IMG/VR virus record: IMGVR_UViG_3300036770_005137 | Coordinates: 1 to 63,273 of that record | Length of the DNA stretch: 63,273 nt | Source of the DNA: a virus | Lineage: Duplodnaviria > Caudoviricetes | Direction: 5' to 3' (one strand) | Shown: piece after piece, positions 1 to 8,861 of the stretch | Position numbering within the stretch: position 1 is the stretch's first letter | Layout of the letters: every line of letters begins with the position of its first letter | Position numbers and translations under genes: made by a program | Notes under the pieces: generated by a model | The model's database searches: none | What the model saw: the letters and a program-made list of their open reading frames with translations, nothing else | Told to the model about the DNA's origin: nothing

Positions 1-216
1 GACGCTTCGGACAAGAATGCCAAAGACTGGAACGATCAAGTCAATAACTTTTTTGAGTTTATGATGGCTAATTTTGAAACTGAATTGGTTGTTATGGGCA
101 CTAAACTTGCTCTTACCCAATACCAACTTCCTTTGGATCCGGACGAGATCAAGTGTTTTGATGACTTTCATGCCAAATACGGCAAGTATATTGCGGCTGC
201 TACTGAAAAGCGATAA
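1..216 (+). CDS. C-terminal fragment of a probable AAA+ (MoxR-like) ATPase, truncated by the window edge
   Basis: Frame 1 is open from base 1 (DASDKNAKDWNDQVNNFFEFMMANFETELVVMGTKLALTQYQLPLDPDEIKCFDDFHAKYGKYIAAATEKR) to TAA at 214-216; it is absent from the ORF track. The function is inferred from its position upstream of a metallopeptidase-VWA gene, a common pairing. Confidence 0.6.
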   Translation, partial: DASDKNAKDWNDQVNNFFEFMMANFETELVVMGTKLALTQYQLPLDPDEIKCFDDFHAKYGKYIAAATEKR

Positions 217-232
217 TTTGGTAAGGCAACAA

Positions 233-261
233 TTGACAGGGTCTCAGGACCCTGTTATACT
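233..261 (+). promoter_or_regulatory. sigma70-type promoter with a palindrome in the spacer
   Basis: TTGACA (233-238), 17 bp, TATACT (256-261), with extended -10 TG; AGGAG Shine-Dalgarno before the ATG at 288. Confidence 0.8.
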
Positions 262-287
262 ATATACTGTATAAACAGGAGCAAATT

Positions 288-1451
288 ATGAGTCAATTAG
301 ATCCTATTGTAGATAAGATTATCGTAGCCCGTGTTGGACTACTGCTACGTCATCCATTTTTTGGAAACATGGCTACTCGCCTTAAGATCAAGGATGCCAC
401 AGATTGGTGTCCTACTGCGGCAACGGATGGACGCCATCTTTACTACAACCGAGACTTCTTTGAGAACCTTACTACCAAACAAGTTGAGTTTGTAGTAGCA
501 CACGAAATCCTACACAATGTCTATGAGCATATGCTACGTGTAGAAGGTCGCAATCGCCACTATTGGAACGCCGCCGCAGACTATAACGTGAATGGCACTT
601 TGGTAAAAGACCGTATTGGTGAGGTTCCTCCCAAGATTAAAATCTTCCATGACCCTCAGCATTATGGTAAGAGCACTGAGCAGATCTATGATGAGATCTA
701 TGAGGAAATGGATGAACAGGCTTTGGAAGCCTTGGGTCAATTGCTTGACGAGCATATTGACTGGGAAAAGGATGGCAACGGTCGCCCCAAGTATTCCAAG
801 GAAGAGCTCAAGCAAATCCGTGACGAAATCAAAGAACAGATGATGCAGGCTGCTCAGGCGGCGGGTGCGGGAAATACCCCCGCTGACATCCAAAGAATGA
901 TCAAGGAACTTACTGAGCCTAAGATGAACTGGCGTGAAATTCTACGCCAACAAATCCAAAGCACCATTAAAAATGACTACACCTTTATGCGTCCAAATCG
1001 CAAAGGCTGGCATATGAACGCTGTTCTTCCTGGCACTAACTATGACGAGACTATTGACATCTGTGTTGGCATTGACATGTCGGGCAGTATTGGTGACGAT
1101 CAAGCCAAAGATTTCATTAGTGAAGTCAAGGGTATTATGGACGAATACAAGGACTTCAAGATTAAGTTATGGTGTTTTGATACTCGTGTCTATAACGAGC
1201 AGGACTTTGACGGATATAATGACGACATCATGAGCTATCAAATCAAAGGTGGAGGTGGAACTGACTTCATGGCTAACTGGGAATATATGAAGGAACATGA
1301 CATTCAGCCCAAAAAGTTTATCATGTTTACAGACGGATATCCTTGTGGTAGCTGGGGGGACGAGAACTACTGCGATACTTTCTTTGTGATACATGGAAAC
1401 GACCACATTGTCCCTCCGTTCGGTGCTCATGCTTATTACGAGTTCAAATAA
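288..1451 (+). CDS. Metallopeptidase-like (HExxH) plus VWA domain protein (DUF2201-like)
   Basis: TAATDG and HEILH in the N-terminal half; MIDAS-like DMSGS, GGGGTDF and FTDG in the C-terminal half. Confidence 0.85.
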   Translation: MSQLDPIVDKIIVARVGLLLRHPFFGNMATRLKIKDATDWCPTAATDGRHLYYNRDFFENLTTKQVEFVVAHEILHNVYEHMLRVEGRNRHYWNAAADYNVNGTLVKDRIGEVPPKIKIFHDPQHYGKSTEQIYDEIYEEMDEQALEALGQLLDEHIDWEKDGNGRPKYSKEELKQIRDEIKEQMMQAAQAAGAGNTPADIQRMIKELTEPKMNWREILRQQIQSTIKNDYTFMRPNRKGWHMNAVLPGTNYDETIDICVGIDMSGSIGDDQAKDFISEVKGIMDEYKDFKIKLWCFDTRVYNEQDFDGYNDDIMSYQIKGGGGTDFMANWEYMKEHDIQPKKFIMFTDGYPCGSWGDENYCDTFFVIHGNDHIVPPFGAHAYYEFK

Positions 1452-1730
1452 ATGAGCCTTAGGGCAGGAAAGGTAAATCCCTTGAATGTGCTGGATCTAC
1501 GACGAGTGCGTTTTCCAGCACATCATTTTAGTTACACAATAATACCTAAATTTCATGCTAATCTTGTTAAAGATATAGACCAATGGATCTACTATAATAT
1601 GAATGGACGTTATTATATCGGTAAAGGAATAGATTTAATTTCTAACAATTATATCTATGTTACTAAGATAGGTTTTGAAAATGAGAAAGAACTAAGCTTT
1701 TTCAAACTTGCCTATACAATTTTAAATTGA
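1452..1730 (+). CDS. hypothetical phage protein
   Basis: 92-aa ORF abutting the upstream stop codon. Confidence 0.7.
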   Translation: MSLRAGKVNPLNVLDLRRVRFPAHHFSYTIIPKFHANLVKDIDQWIYYNMNGRYYIGKGIDLISNNYIYVTKIGFENEKELSFFKLAYTILN

Positions 1731-1765
1731 AGATAATTATAATATCAGTATATTAAGGAGAAAAA

Positions 1766-1996
1766 ATGACTGACGAAGCAAAAGTTGAAACACCACTACC
1801 CGGTCCAGAAGCGGCTGCTCCACAAGAACCAGCAGATTTAACAATCACAGACCTTAGCAACATTAGGCAAATTATTGATCTAGCTAGCTCAAGAGGTGCT
1901 TTTAGACCAAGTGAAATGGTAGCTGTAGGAACAGTTTATAACAAATTACAAAACTTTTTAAATAGTATTCCTAAAACTCAGCAACCCGGAGCATAA
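1766..1996 (+). CDS. hypothetical phage protein
   Basis: 76 aa with a strong AAGGAG Shine-Dalgarno. Confidence 0.75.
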   Translation: MTDEAKVETPLPGPEAAAPQEPADLTITDLSNIRQIIDLASSRGAFRPSEMVAVGTVYNKLQNFLNSIPKTQQPGA

Positions 1997-1997
1997 T

Positions 1998-2612
1998 ATG
2001 GCTAACCTAAAACATATAGGAAGAAACGTTCAAAACGGCCGCAGATGTCTCGTGGCCTACAGAACTATTCCTAACGATGCATACAATTGCCTTATTATTC
2101 CTACAGATAAACTAGAACCCGATCAACACGACTCTCTAATCAACTTAGTTGAATCAAATGCAGGACAATCCTCATACGAATTCGCAGAAGTTCTAGCAAG
2201 AAATTTATTTCCAGACGGGACTAACATGCTAGCGACTTTACATAGAAAAGGACTGTTAGTTAAAACACCGACTGATAAAATTGAAATGGTTCCGAACATG
2301 CAAACCAGCATCAATTTAGCTCAATTGAATCAGGTAATAGCAGAACAAAAAGGGATTAGTGTTCAAGATCTAGCATTACAAGATAGTATTAAAGAAGTAG
2401 CTTCGGCTAAAGAAATTCCATTAGAAACAGTGGAAGACCCTGCTAAGACAACTAGCACGATTGCTAAAACGGTCGATACCAGTTCTTTAAGTCCAGAAGA
2501 ACAAGCTAAACATTATCGAAGTGAAGCTGATAAGCTTAGTAAACAGGCAGCTGAATTACGACGTAAGGCAGAAGAACTTGTTCCTATCAAAAGGCCAGTG
2601 AAATCGAAGTGA
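1998..2612 (+). CDS. hypothetical phage protein with C-terminal coiled coil
   Basis: 204 aa, GGAG Shine-Dalgarno; the C-terminus EEQAKHYRSEADKLSKQAAELRRKAEEL looks helical. Confidence 0.75.
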   Translation: MANLKHIGRNVQNGRRCLVAYRTIPNDAYNCLIIPTDKLEPDQHDSLINLVESNAGQSSYEFAEVLARNLFPDGTNMLATLHRKGLLVKTPTDKIEMVPNMQTSINLAQLNQVIAEQKGISVQDLALQDSIKEVASAKEIPLETVEDPAKTTSTIAKTVDTSSLSPEEQAKHYRSEADKLSKQAAELRRKAEELVPIKRPVKSK

Positions 2613-2929
2613 AGCATGGGAAAAAGTTTCCCAGAGAAGTTATCAATCACTGGCCAGAAGTTTTTGGCGAAATTACACTAAATGTCATACCTATCAAGTA
2701 TTTAGATAGAATCTCACTTAGATTTAAAAATGGCAAAGTATGGGAAATCAACACACGAAATAAAAAAGAGAATATGGATTGGGCTACTCTTGAAAAAAAC
2801 GTAAAAGAAATTATATCTTCCTACGAAGCTGAAATTGATAACATAGACTTTAAGCTAGACACAGATCAAATAAAACGTGATATGATTAAGGCTTCTAACC
2901 GATTTTTAAAAAAACGAAAACTGCTATGA
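2609..2929 (+). CDS. hypothetical phage protein
   Basis: GTG start in a GTGA overlap with the previous gene; ATGA overlap with thyX. Confidence 0.7.
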   Translation: MKHGKKFPREVINHWPEVFGEITLNVIPIKYLDRISLRFKNGKVWEINTRNKKENMDWATLEKNVKEIISSYEAEIDNIDFKLDTDQIKRDMIKASNRFLKKRKLL

Positions 2930-3612
2930 ATGTAAAACTTGTCTCTTATAGTCAACCTACTGACGAATTTAAAAATAATAGTATTGAAGATGCACAAGAT
3001 CTCATTGCCTTCTGTGCTCGTGTCAGTAATCCTAGCAATCAATTTAACACAGAAACAAGCGAAAAGCTTATACGATACTTAATTAAAAACAAACACTGGA
3101 GTCCACTAGAGATGGTTTCAGCTTGTTTAGAAATTACTACTACACGAGATATTGCCAGACAAATCTTGCGACACCGGAGCTTCAGTTTCCAAGAGTTCAG
3201 TCAGCGTTATGCTGATCCAACAAAAGATATGAATTTTGTCTACCGTGAAGCAAGGATGCAAGATCCTAAGAATAGACAAAACAGTATCCCTATTGATATC
3301 ACCGATCCTGGTGATAAAGAGCTGGCAAAGTTTTGGCTAGAGAAACAACAGGCAGTGATAAGAGCATCAAGAGATGCCTACGAATGGGCTGTGACAAATG
3401 GTATTGCTAAAGAACAGGCTCGTGCAGTATTACCTGAAGGACTAATAGAAAGCCGCCTCTATATGAATGGAACATTACGCAGCTGGGTGCATTATATTGA
3501 ATTAAGAGAAGCCAATGGAACACAAGAAGAGCATAGATCAATTGCTATAGAATGTGCCAAAGCGATAGCGGCAATTTTTCCTCTTACAAAAGACTTTCTA
3601 ACTGATAGATAG
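2926..3612 (+). CDS. thyX: FAD-dependent thymidylate synthase
   Basis: ThyX signature RHRSFSFQEFSQRY, plus HWSPLE and KEQARAVLP. Confidence 0.95.
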   Translation: MNVKLVSYSQPTDEFKNNSIEDAQDLIAFCARVSNPSNQFNTETSEKLIRYLIKNKHWSPLEMVSACLEITTTRDIARQILRHRSFSFQEFSQRYADPTKDMNFVYREARMQDPKNRQNSIPIDITDPGDKELAKFWLEKQQAVIRASRDAYEWAVTNGIAKEQARAVLPEGLIESRLYMNGTLRSWVHYIELREANGTQEEHRSIAIECAKAIAAIFPLTKDFLTDR

Positions 3613-4066
3613 TTTCTTCTATGCTAGTGTGTAAAATTCCAATTCCACCTACTGATATCCAAGCATCTATGTTTGATTTTCTATCATCAACTAATATGTC
3701 TCCCGGACTACAATGTTTCTGTTTATCAGAACTGTAAGGCCCAAACCATACAGGTATACTAGGAAAATATTTATTAGCCCAATTTAACTTATCGTAAAAC
3801 GCCCATGGAAAATCATTTTTATGAGGAACAGCAGTAAGAAAACATAATTCTTTTTTTTGAATATTTGAGATTTTTTCCGCTGTATATACAATTTTTTTAG
3901 ATCCAATGCAGGGTTCTAAATGTTTATAAATTCTTTGATTTTCTAAAATTATCTTCCATTCGTAATCTGAATAAACATTATCTTGTTTTTTATATCCTAA
4001 TATCTGATATACTTTTTTTGAAAAATCAGCAACAACATCATCCATATCAAGAAAAAGCTTATTCAT
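3584..4066 (-). CDS. HAD-family phosphatase, 5'(3')-deoxyribonucleotidase-like
   Basis: N-terminal FLDMDDVVADF (DxD), LTA, K, ILVDDR and WxxxGGIGILH. Confidence 0.85.
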   Translation of the reverse strand: MNKLFLDMDDVVADFSKKVYQILGYKKQDNVYSDYEWKIILENQRIYKHLEPCIGSKKIVYTAEKISNIQKKELCFLTAVPHKNDFPWAFYDKLNWANKYFPSIPVWFGPYSSDKQKHCSPGDILVDDRKSNIDAWISVGGIGILHTSIEETIYQLESLL

Positions 4067-5063
4067 GAAATTGCCTATATAAGTTTATCATATTAAAAAC
4101 ATGTTTTCTTAAATTATTATAAAATAATTCTTTCTCATTAGAGTCAATAAAAATACTCAAATACTCTTTCGTATTGAAAAAATAATGACCGCTCACTAAT
4201 ACAGCAGCTAATTTATCATTCTTCTTTTCATCTGAAATCCATCGATTAAACTTTTTACCATCGTAAACAATATTAGCAAAATCAATCCAGTTTTTAGTTT
4301 TTCCAAATTGATCAAATAATAGCTTAGTTTGAATTGTTCCTAGCTGCGGAGCAATATTAATAGCATCAATTCCGGCAGTTTTTCTCATCTTTAAATCTAG
4401 GCTGTCTAAATAGTCTCCATTATGTTCTTTAAATAGAAATCCATAATTATGTATTTTATTACTTAAAAATAAATTATAATTTATATCAAAATTTCCGATT
4501 TGCCTATCACGTATCGAACTACCAGTTTGAGTTACAAAAAAACTAATATTTTTAAATTTTTTACAAAACTCTAATTGAGTATCTATTCTTTCTATAGAAT
4601 CAGTAAGATTTAATCCTGTATTTTCTTCACTACCAAACTCTATAAGTATATTAGGATTTAAATTTACAGCATAATCTATTAACTCAGTTGCTAAATCAAA
4701 TGCATTATTCTGAACCCTACTAACATCAACATGAATAAGTTTAAAACCTTGCTGTATATCAGTTAATATTGTTTGCTTACATTTGTTAATTATTTGTGAA
4801 TAATTTAATTCTATATCAGAATCTTTAAAATAAGGACCGCAATGATCCCTACACAACAATATATTATTTGATCTAGAAGCTAATCTAGATAAAGTTTCTG
4901 TAGAACACACATAAGAACTTTCAAAATCAACTTGGTTCCTACTAGCAATTATCATAAACTTGTAATCGTAAACTAGAGAATATTCTACTAATAGATTTAT
5001 AATATCTAAGCTCATAGGCCCGAATCCGAGCTTAAATTTTCCTAAGTTTGGATATTCTTTCAT
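4059..5063 (-). CDS. GatZ/KbaZ-like (tagatose-6-phosphate epimerase family) TIM-barrel enzyme
   Basis: IASRNQVD, RDHCGP, IHVD, EFGSEE, KEHNGDYL and NIAPQLG parallel the GatZ/KbaZ motifs. Confidence 0.7.
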   Translation of the reverse strand: MKEYPNLGKFKLGFGPMSLDIINLLVEYSLVYDYKFMIIASRNQVDFESSYVCSTETLSRLASRSNNILLCRDHCGPYFKDSDIELNYSQIINKCKQTILTDIQQGFKLIHVDVSRVQNNAFDLATELIDYAVNLNPNILIEFGSEENTGLNLTDSIERIDTQLEFCKKFKNISFFVTQTGSSIRDRQIGNFDINYNLFLSNKIHNYGFLFKEHNGDYLDSLDLKMRKTAGIDAINIAPQLGTIQTKLLFDQFGKTKNWIDFANIVYDGKKFNRWISDEKKNDKLAAVLVSGHYFFNTKEYLSIFIDSNEKELFYNNLRKHVFNMINLYRQFHE

Positions 5064-5760
5064 AGTCTTCTAAATTAATCTGCAAACCAGTATACAAAAA
5101 AAACTGTTTTAAAAATTGAAATCTGTATAGCTCTTGCCCGCTAATATATTCTACATTATTTTCACTAGCTTGAGACTCTAGATCTCCTGGAGTTATTGCT
5201 AAATCAACTATTAATTTTGTTTTGCTATTAATATTCTTAAGAGGGCTTTCTTTAGATGATGTTCCTAATGATGTGCAATTTATAACTACCTCCGAGTCAT
5301 CATGTCGTTCATTCCAATTACCCAGACTCGGGCTATAATTATTAATATTGTATTCAAATTTTGATAAAAACTTTTTAAACATCTTACCGATAGAACCGTT
5401 TCCTAATATTGTTATCAATGGCGATTTGATTCGTGTTGCAACATATTTAACAAATTCTAAATCAGTATTATATCCAACTAATTTTTTATCTTTACATAAT
5501 ACAGTGTTACATAGATTAAATTCTAATACATCAGAATCAAAGTCATCTAAAAAATCAATAATAGGAAATTTAAAAGGCATTGATACACTTATACCACTTA
5601 CATCTTCATTTTTTAATTCTAAAATTTTTTGACTAAAATTATCTGGCTGAACAGACAAAGGAAAATACTCTGCATCTATATTATAAAGTTTAAAAAAACT
5701 ATTATAAAAATAAAATCCTTGTTTTCCGGGATGTTGACTTAAGCTCACAAACTTTTTCAT
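5032..5760 (-). CDS. shikimate dehydrogenase-family oxidoreductase (AroE-like)
   Basis: SVSMPFK, CNTV, GYNTD, ILGNGSIG and INCTSLG. Confidence 0.85.
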   Translation of the reverse strand: MKKFVSLSQHPGKQGFYFYNSFFKLYNIDAEYFPLSVQPDNFSQKILELKNEDVSGISVSMPFKFPIIDFLDDFDSDVLEFNLCNTVLCKDKKLVGYNTDLEFVKYVATRIKSPLITILGNGSIGKMFKKFLSKFEYNINNYSPSLGNWNERHDDSEVVINCTSLGTSSKESPLKNINSKTKLIVDLAITPGDLESQASENNVEYISGQELYRFQFLKQFFLYTGLQINLEDYERISKLRKI

Positions 5761-6404
5761 TTTGATAAATTTATAATTAAATCAACTTTGTCAACCCAAT
5801 ATCCAGTCGTAGGAAATAAAAAGGCTATCTTACATTGTTTATAAGGAGGAACAATAAGAAACTTATTATGCCTCTCGAACATAACTGCTTTGACTATTTC
5901 TAAATTATTAGTATCAAAATCATCAATAATAATAAGATTCTCTTTATTATCCGAAAACTTATCTAATTCAATCTTAACAGATTCATATCTATGATCACCA
6001 TCTAAAAATACTAAATCATAGTCTATTACTGATTCAAAATCAGAACTAGATGCTTGAACCAAATTTATATTCTCGATTATACTACTTCCTAAACATTCTA
6101 TAAATGCAAATTTGAAATCATTAAACTCTTTACTAACCTTATTAAGAACCTCTAACAGATCAGGATCTCCTTCGTAAGTTCCTAAGGGCATAGGAATAGG
6201 ATCTCCCCATAGATCTACCACAGTAAGAGAAACCGATTTGCTTTTTCCAATATATAAAGCATGAGTAGATCTTCCGTATGCAGAGCCTATTTCAAGTATG
6301 TTTCCATTAGATGGAACAAGACTAGCAATATTAGCTAATATTTTAAGCTCTTTTTCAAAAGTCATTCCTGGGATATCAAATCTATAATTAAAACTTTTCA
6401 TCAT
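5757..6404 (-). CDS. class I SAM-dependent methyltransferase (Methyltransf_24-like)
   Basis: LEIGSAYGRST, VDLW, FLDGDHRYE and IIDD. Confidence 0.85.
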   Translation of the reverse strand: MMKSFNYRFDIPGMTFEKELKILANIASLVPSNGNILEIGSAYGRSTHALYIGKSKSVSLTVVDLWGDPIPMPLGTYEGDPDLLEVLNKVSKEFNDFKFAFIECLGSSIIENINLVQASSSDFESVIDYDLVFLDGDHRYESVKIELDKFSDNKENLIIIDDFDTNNLEIVKAVMFERHNKFLIVPPYKQCKIAFLFPTTGYWVDKVDLIINLSK

Positions 6405-7923
6405 CTATTTCTTTAAATAATTTAATACCTAGATACCACAAAAACAAATCAAATGGTCTATGATGTAATGGGCTCATATTCCAAAAAATTATAGGAACTA
6501 GTAATTTTACCTTTTTATAATTCCACCCTTTATTTAAAATAAAATTTTTCAATTCTTCAACAAAATTGTCTGCATTTTCAATAGAAGGAACTATTAATCT
6601 AACACTGCCGTTATCTACAGAATATTCAAATTCATTCTCTTTTATTTTACTATAATTTATTATTAATCCACCCATTAACTTAGCAAGATCATAATAAATA
6701 TCTCCACATTCAACAGATCCTCCAAAATCAGGTCTCCAATCTATTAACTTAAATTCTCCATTATCAGAAATTATAGAATTATCAAAATGTAAGTCGCCGT
6801 GAACATGCCCGGGCAGCACTTCATTAACAAGCAAATTCCAATCAATTTTATCAAAATAATAATTCCAATCTTCTACTTCAATGTCATTGATTGTTTTGAC
6901 TAAAGGCAACTGTTGATATTTACTAAGAAACTTGTGAACACGAGATATTGTCTTATCTTTATAAAATTTTTCGGCTGTATGGGTTATATGAAATGATTTT
7001 CTAATCCATAAATTTTCATCAATCCAATTTAAGTATCTTTTAAATATTTCTAAATTATAATTTTTATATATTACAGACCCTGGTAAATAATCGTAAAACA
7101 AATAATTACCACAAATTCTTACATTAGAAGGATAAACTTTCGTGTTATCTATATATCGACTATATTTCTTTTCTGCTATCCCTAATTCTTGCCACCATTT
7201 AATTACAAAATTATTAGTAAAATAAGTTATTTCTTCTTCTTTAGAAAAGACATATTTTTGACTTTTTACATAAGCATCTTTATAAGTTTCGTAATTTCCA
7301 AAATCTATCCATGACTCTAAATTAGCTACTTTTTCACCTAAAGTGATCGGGGATATTATTTCATTGCTACTAGAATTTTTTAAATGCTCTATAAAAACTT
7401 TCCAATCATTTATAAACATTAACCCTGTAAAGGCTACATAAGATTCACTAGTTTGCTGTTTAAATTTTATTTTTTTAATTCTATTATCATCTATATCAAA
7501 CATCGTATACTGATTAGACAATTTAATATCAACTTTTTTAGTAAAATATGTATTTTCATCATATTTTTTGTCTATAAATTCATCTTCAAAATAAGTGTCA
7601 CAAGGAACATACCAAAAAGGTTTATCAATTTTATCTATACATTGTAAGAAAGAATATCCTGGACCAGACTTCTCACTAGTATAATCATCTACATCTACAA
7701 ATTCAATGTTTCGATCTTGATAAACGTGTGAACAAAAAGATCTAACTTGATCACTAAGATGACCTGTTAAAATAATAAATTTGGAATTTTTAGAAAAGCT
7801 TTCAATAATATGCGATATTACAGGTTTATTTTTATAAGGCAGTAATGATTTATTCAGGTTTTCTGTCAACTCTCTCATCCTACTGCCTAATCCAGCAGTA
7901 GAAATTATTACGAGGTCATTCAT
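6388..7923 (-). CDS. bifunctional nucleotidyltransferase plus APH/choline-kinase-like phosphotransferase
   Basis: N-terminal TAGLGSRM...NKSLLP and WIDFG; C-terminal HGDLHFDN, IDWR and GDIYYDLAKL. Confidence 0.85.
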   Translation of the reverse strand: MNDLVIISTAGLGSRMRELTENLNKSLLPYKNKPVISHIIESFSKNSKFIILTGHLSDQVRSFCSHVYQDRNIEFVDVDDYTSEKSGPGYSFLQCIDKIDKPFWYVPCDTYFEDEFIDKKYDENTYFTKKVDIKLSNQYTMFDIDDNRIKKIKFKQQTSESYVAFTGLMFINDWKVFIEHLKNSSSNEIISPITLGEKVANLESWIDFGNYETYKDAYVKSQKYVFSKEEEITYFTNNFVIKWWQELGIAEKKYSRYIDNTKVYPSNVRICGNYLFYDYLPGSVIYKNYNLEIFKRYLNWIDENLWIRKSFHITHTAEKFYKDKTISRVHKFLSKYQQLPLVKTINDIEVEDWNYYFDKIDWNLLVNEVLPGHVHGDLHFDNSIISDNGEFKLIDWRPDFGGSVECGDIYYDLAKLMGGLIINYSKIKENEFEYSVDNGSVRLIVPSIENADNFVEELKNFILNKGWNYKKVKLLVPIIFWNMSPLHHRPFDLFLWYLGIKLFKEIDDEKF

Positions 7924-8359
7924 GTTCTTTAGCTATCTTGCCATGCCCTCTGCCTTGATCATCTTGAATTCTTATAACATCATCTAATTCGGTGGAGCTT
8001 GTTTCTAGAAAAGTAAGATCAGTTAATGCTATAACACGATGAACATACTCAGGTTCAACATCAATATAGACTCCAGGTTTCAAATCAATTTTTTCAAGAG
8101 AATTTTCATAAATTAAGATGTCATGGTCGCTTAACCCATCGTCTAGAAACTTATCAATATCAAACTTTTCTTTACTTTTTAAAAAAAATCCAAGACCGTC
8201 TAAAACATAATTTGTTTCATATTTTTTACGATGAACTTGCAAGCTAGTTCTATTTCCTTTTTTAAAAAAAATTTTTTTAACTGCATACGGAGATTGGACA
8301 CCATCGGCAATCCATATCTCATAGCCCCAAGGTTTATTAACTTTTTTTACATTATACAT
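7916..8359 (-). CDS. cupin-fold sugar isomerase/epimerase (mannose-6-phosphate isomerase type II C-terminal-like)
   Basis: KPWGYEIW, RTSLQVHRKKYET, VHRVIA and ETSSTELDDVIRIQDD. Confidence 0.8.
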   Translation of the reverse strand: MYNVKKVNKPWGYEIWIADGVQSPYAVKKIFFKKGNRTSLQVHRKKYETNYVLDGLGFFLKSKEKFDIDKFLDDGLSDHDILIYENSLEKIDLKPGVYIDVEPEYVHRVIALTDLTFLETSSTELDDVIRIQDDQGRGHGKIAKEHE

Positions 8360-8861
8360 AAACTTTTAATCCTATTCTTAACGCATACCATATTGCTATA
8401 TTAAATTCATTACCATTTAACATATACTGATCTCTATCTAATGATGTCTCTAAGGCCGATCTATCAATCTTAAATAAGCTCGACAACCAGTTAATCAAAG
8501 CACTTACATGACCGAAAACCCAACTGTGATCTTTGTCAAGATTATTATGATCAAAAATTAGAAAATCATTAGTATAATCATCATGCAAAAATTTACCTAT
8601 TTTTTCAACACCGTCCGAAGAATAACTACCCCAGACTATCATAGCATGATGAAATTTTTGATCAGCAGAATAATATTCCGACTCTAAAAGATACTTCTCT
8701 AGATTAAACCCTACATTAGAAAATTCTTTAAATAAGGTATCCGGACCATCAATCACTGGATTATCTACTACAATTACTTTCTTATTAATGGTAGATTCTA
8801 TAATACTTACGAAATCATCAAGTTTTTGTATTTGATTATCAACTGGAATTACTAGTATCAT
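8352..8861 (-). CDS. hypothetical protein, paralogue of 12841-13356
   Basis: Shared motifs SWVFGH/SWIFGN and WYALRIGL/WYCQRIGL. Confidence 0.7.
   Translation of the reverse strand: MILVIPVDNQIQKLDDFVSIIESTINKKVIVVDNPVIDGPDTLFKEFSNVGFNLEKYLLESEYYSADQKFHHAMIVWGSYSSDGVEKIGKFLHDDYTNDFLIFDHNNLDKDHSWVFGHVSALINWLSSLFKIDRSALETSLDRDQYMLNGNEFNIAIWYALRIGLKVYV

Noticed and set aside
74-274. 66-aa ORF from the track
   Set aside because: It overlaps the more plausible frame-1 gene ending at 216 and runs through the promoter.
534-1430. Alternative-frame and antisense ORFs within the VWA gene
   Set aside because: They are shadow ORFs of a well-supported gene, with no motifs or RBS.
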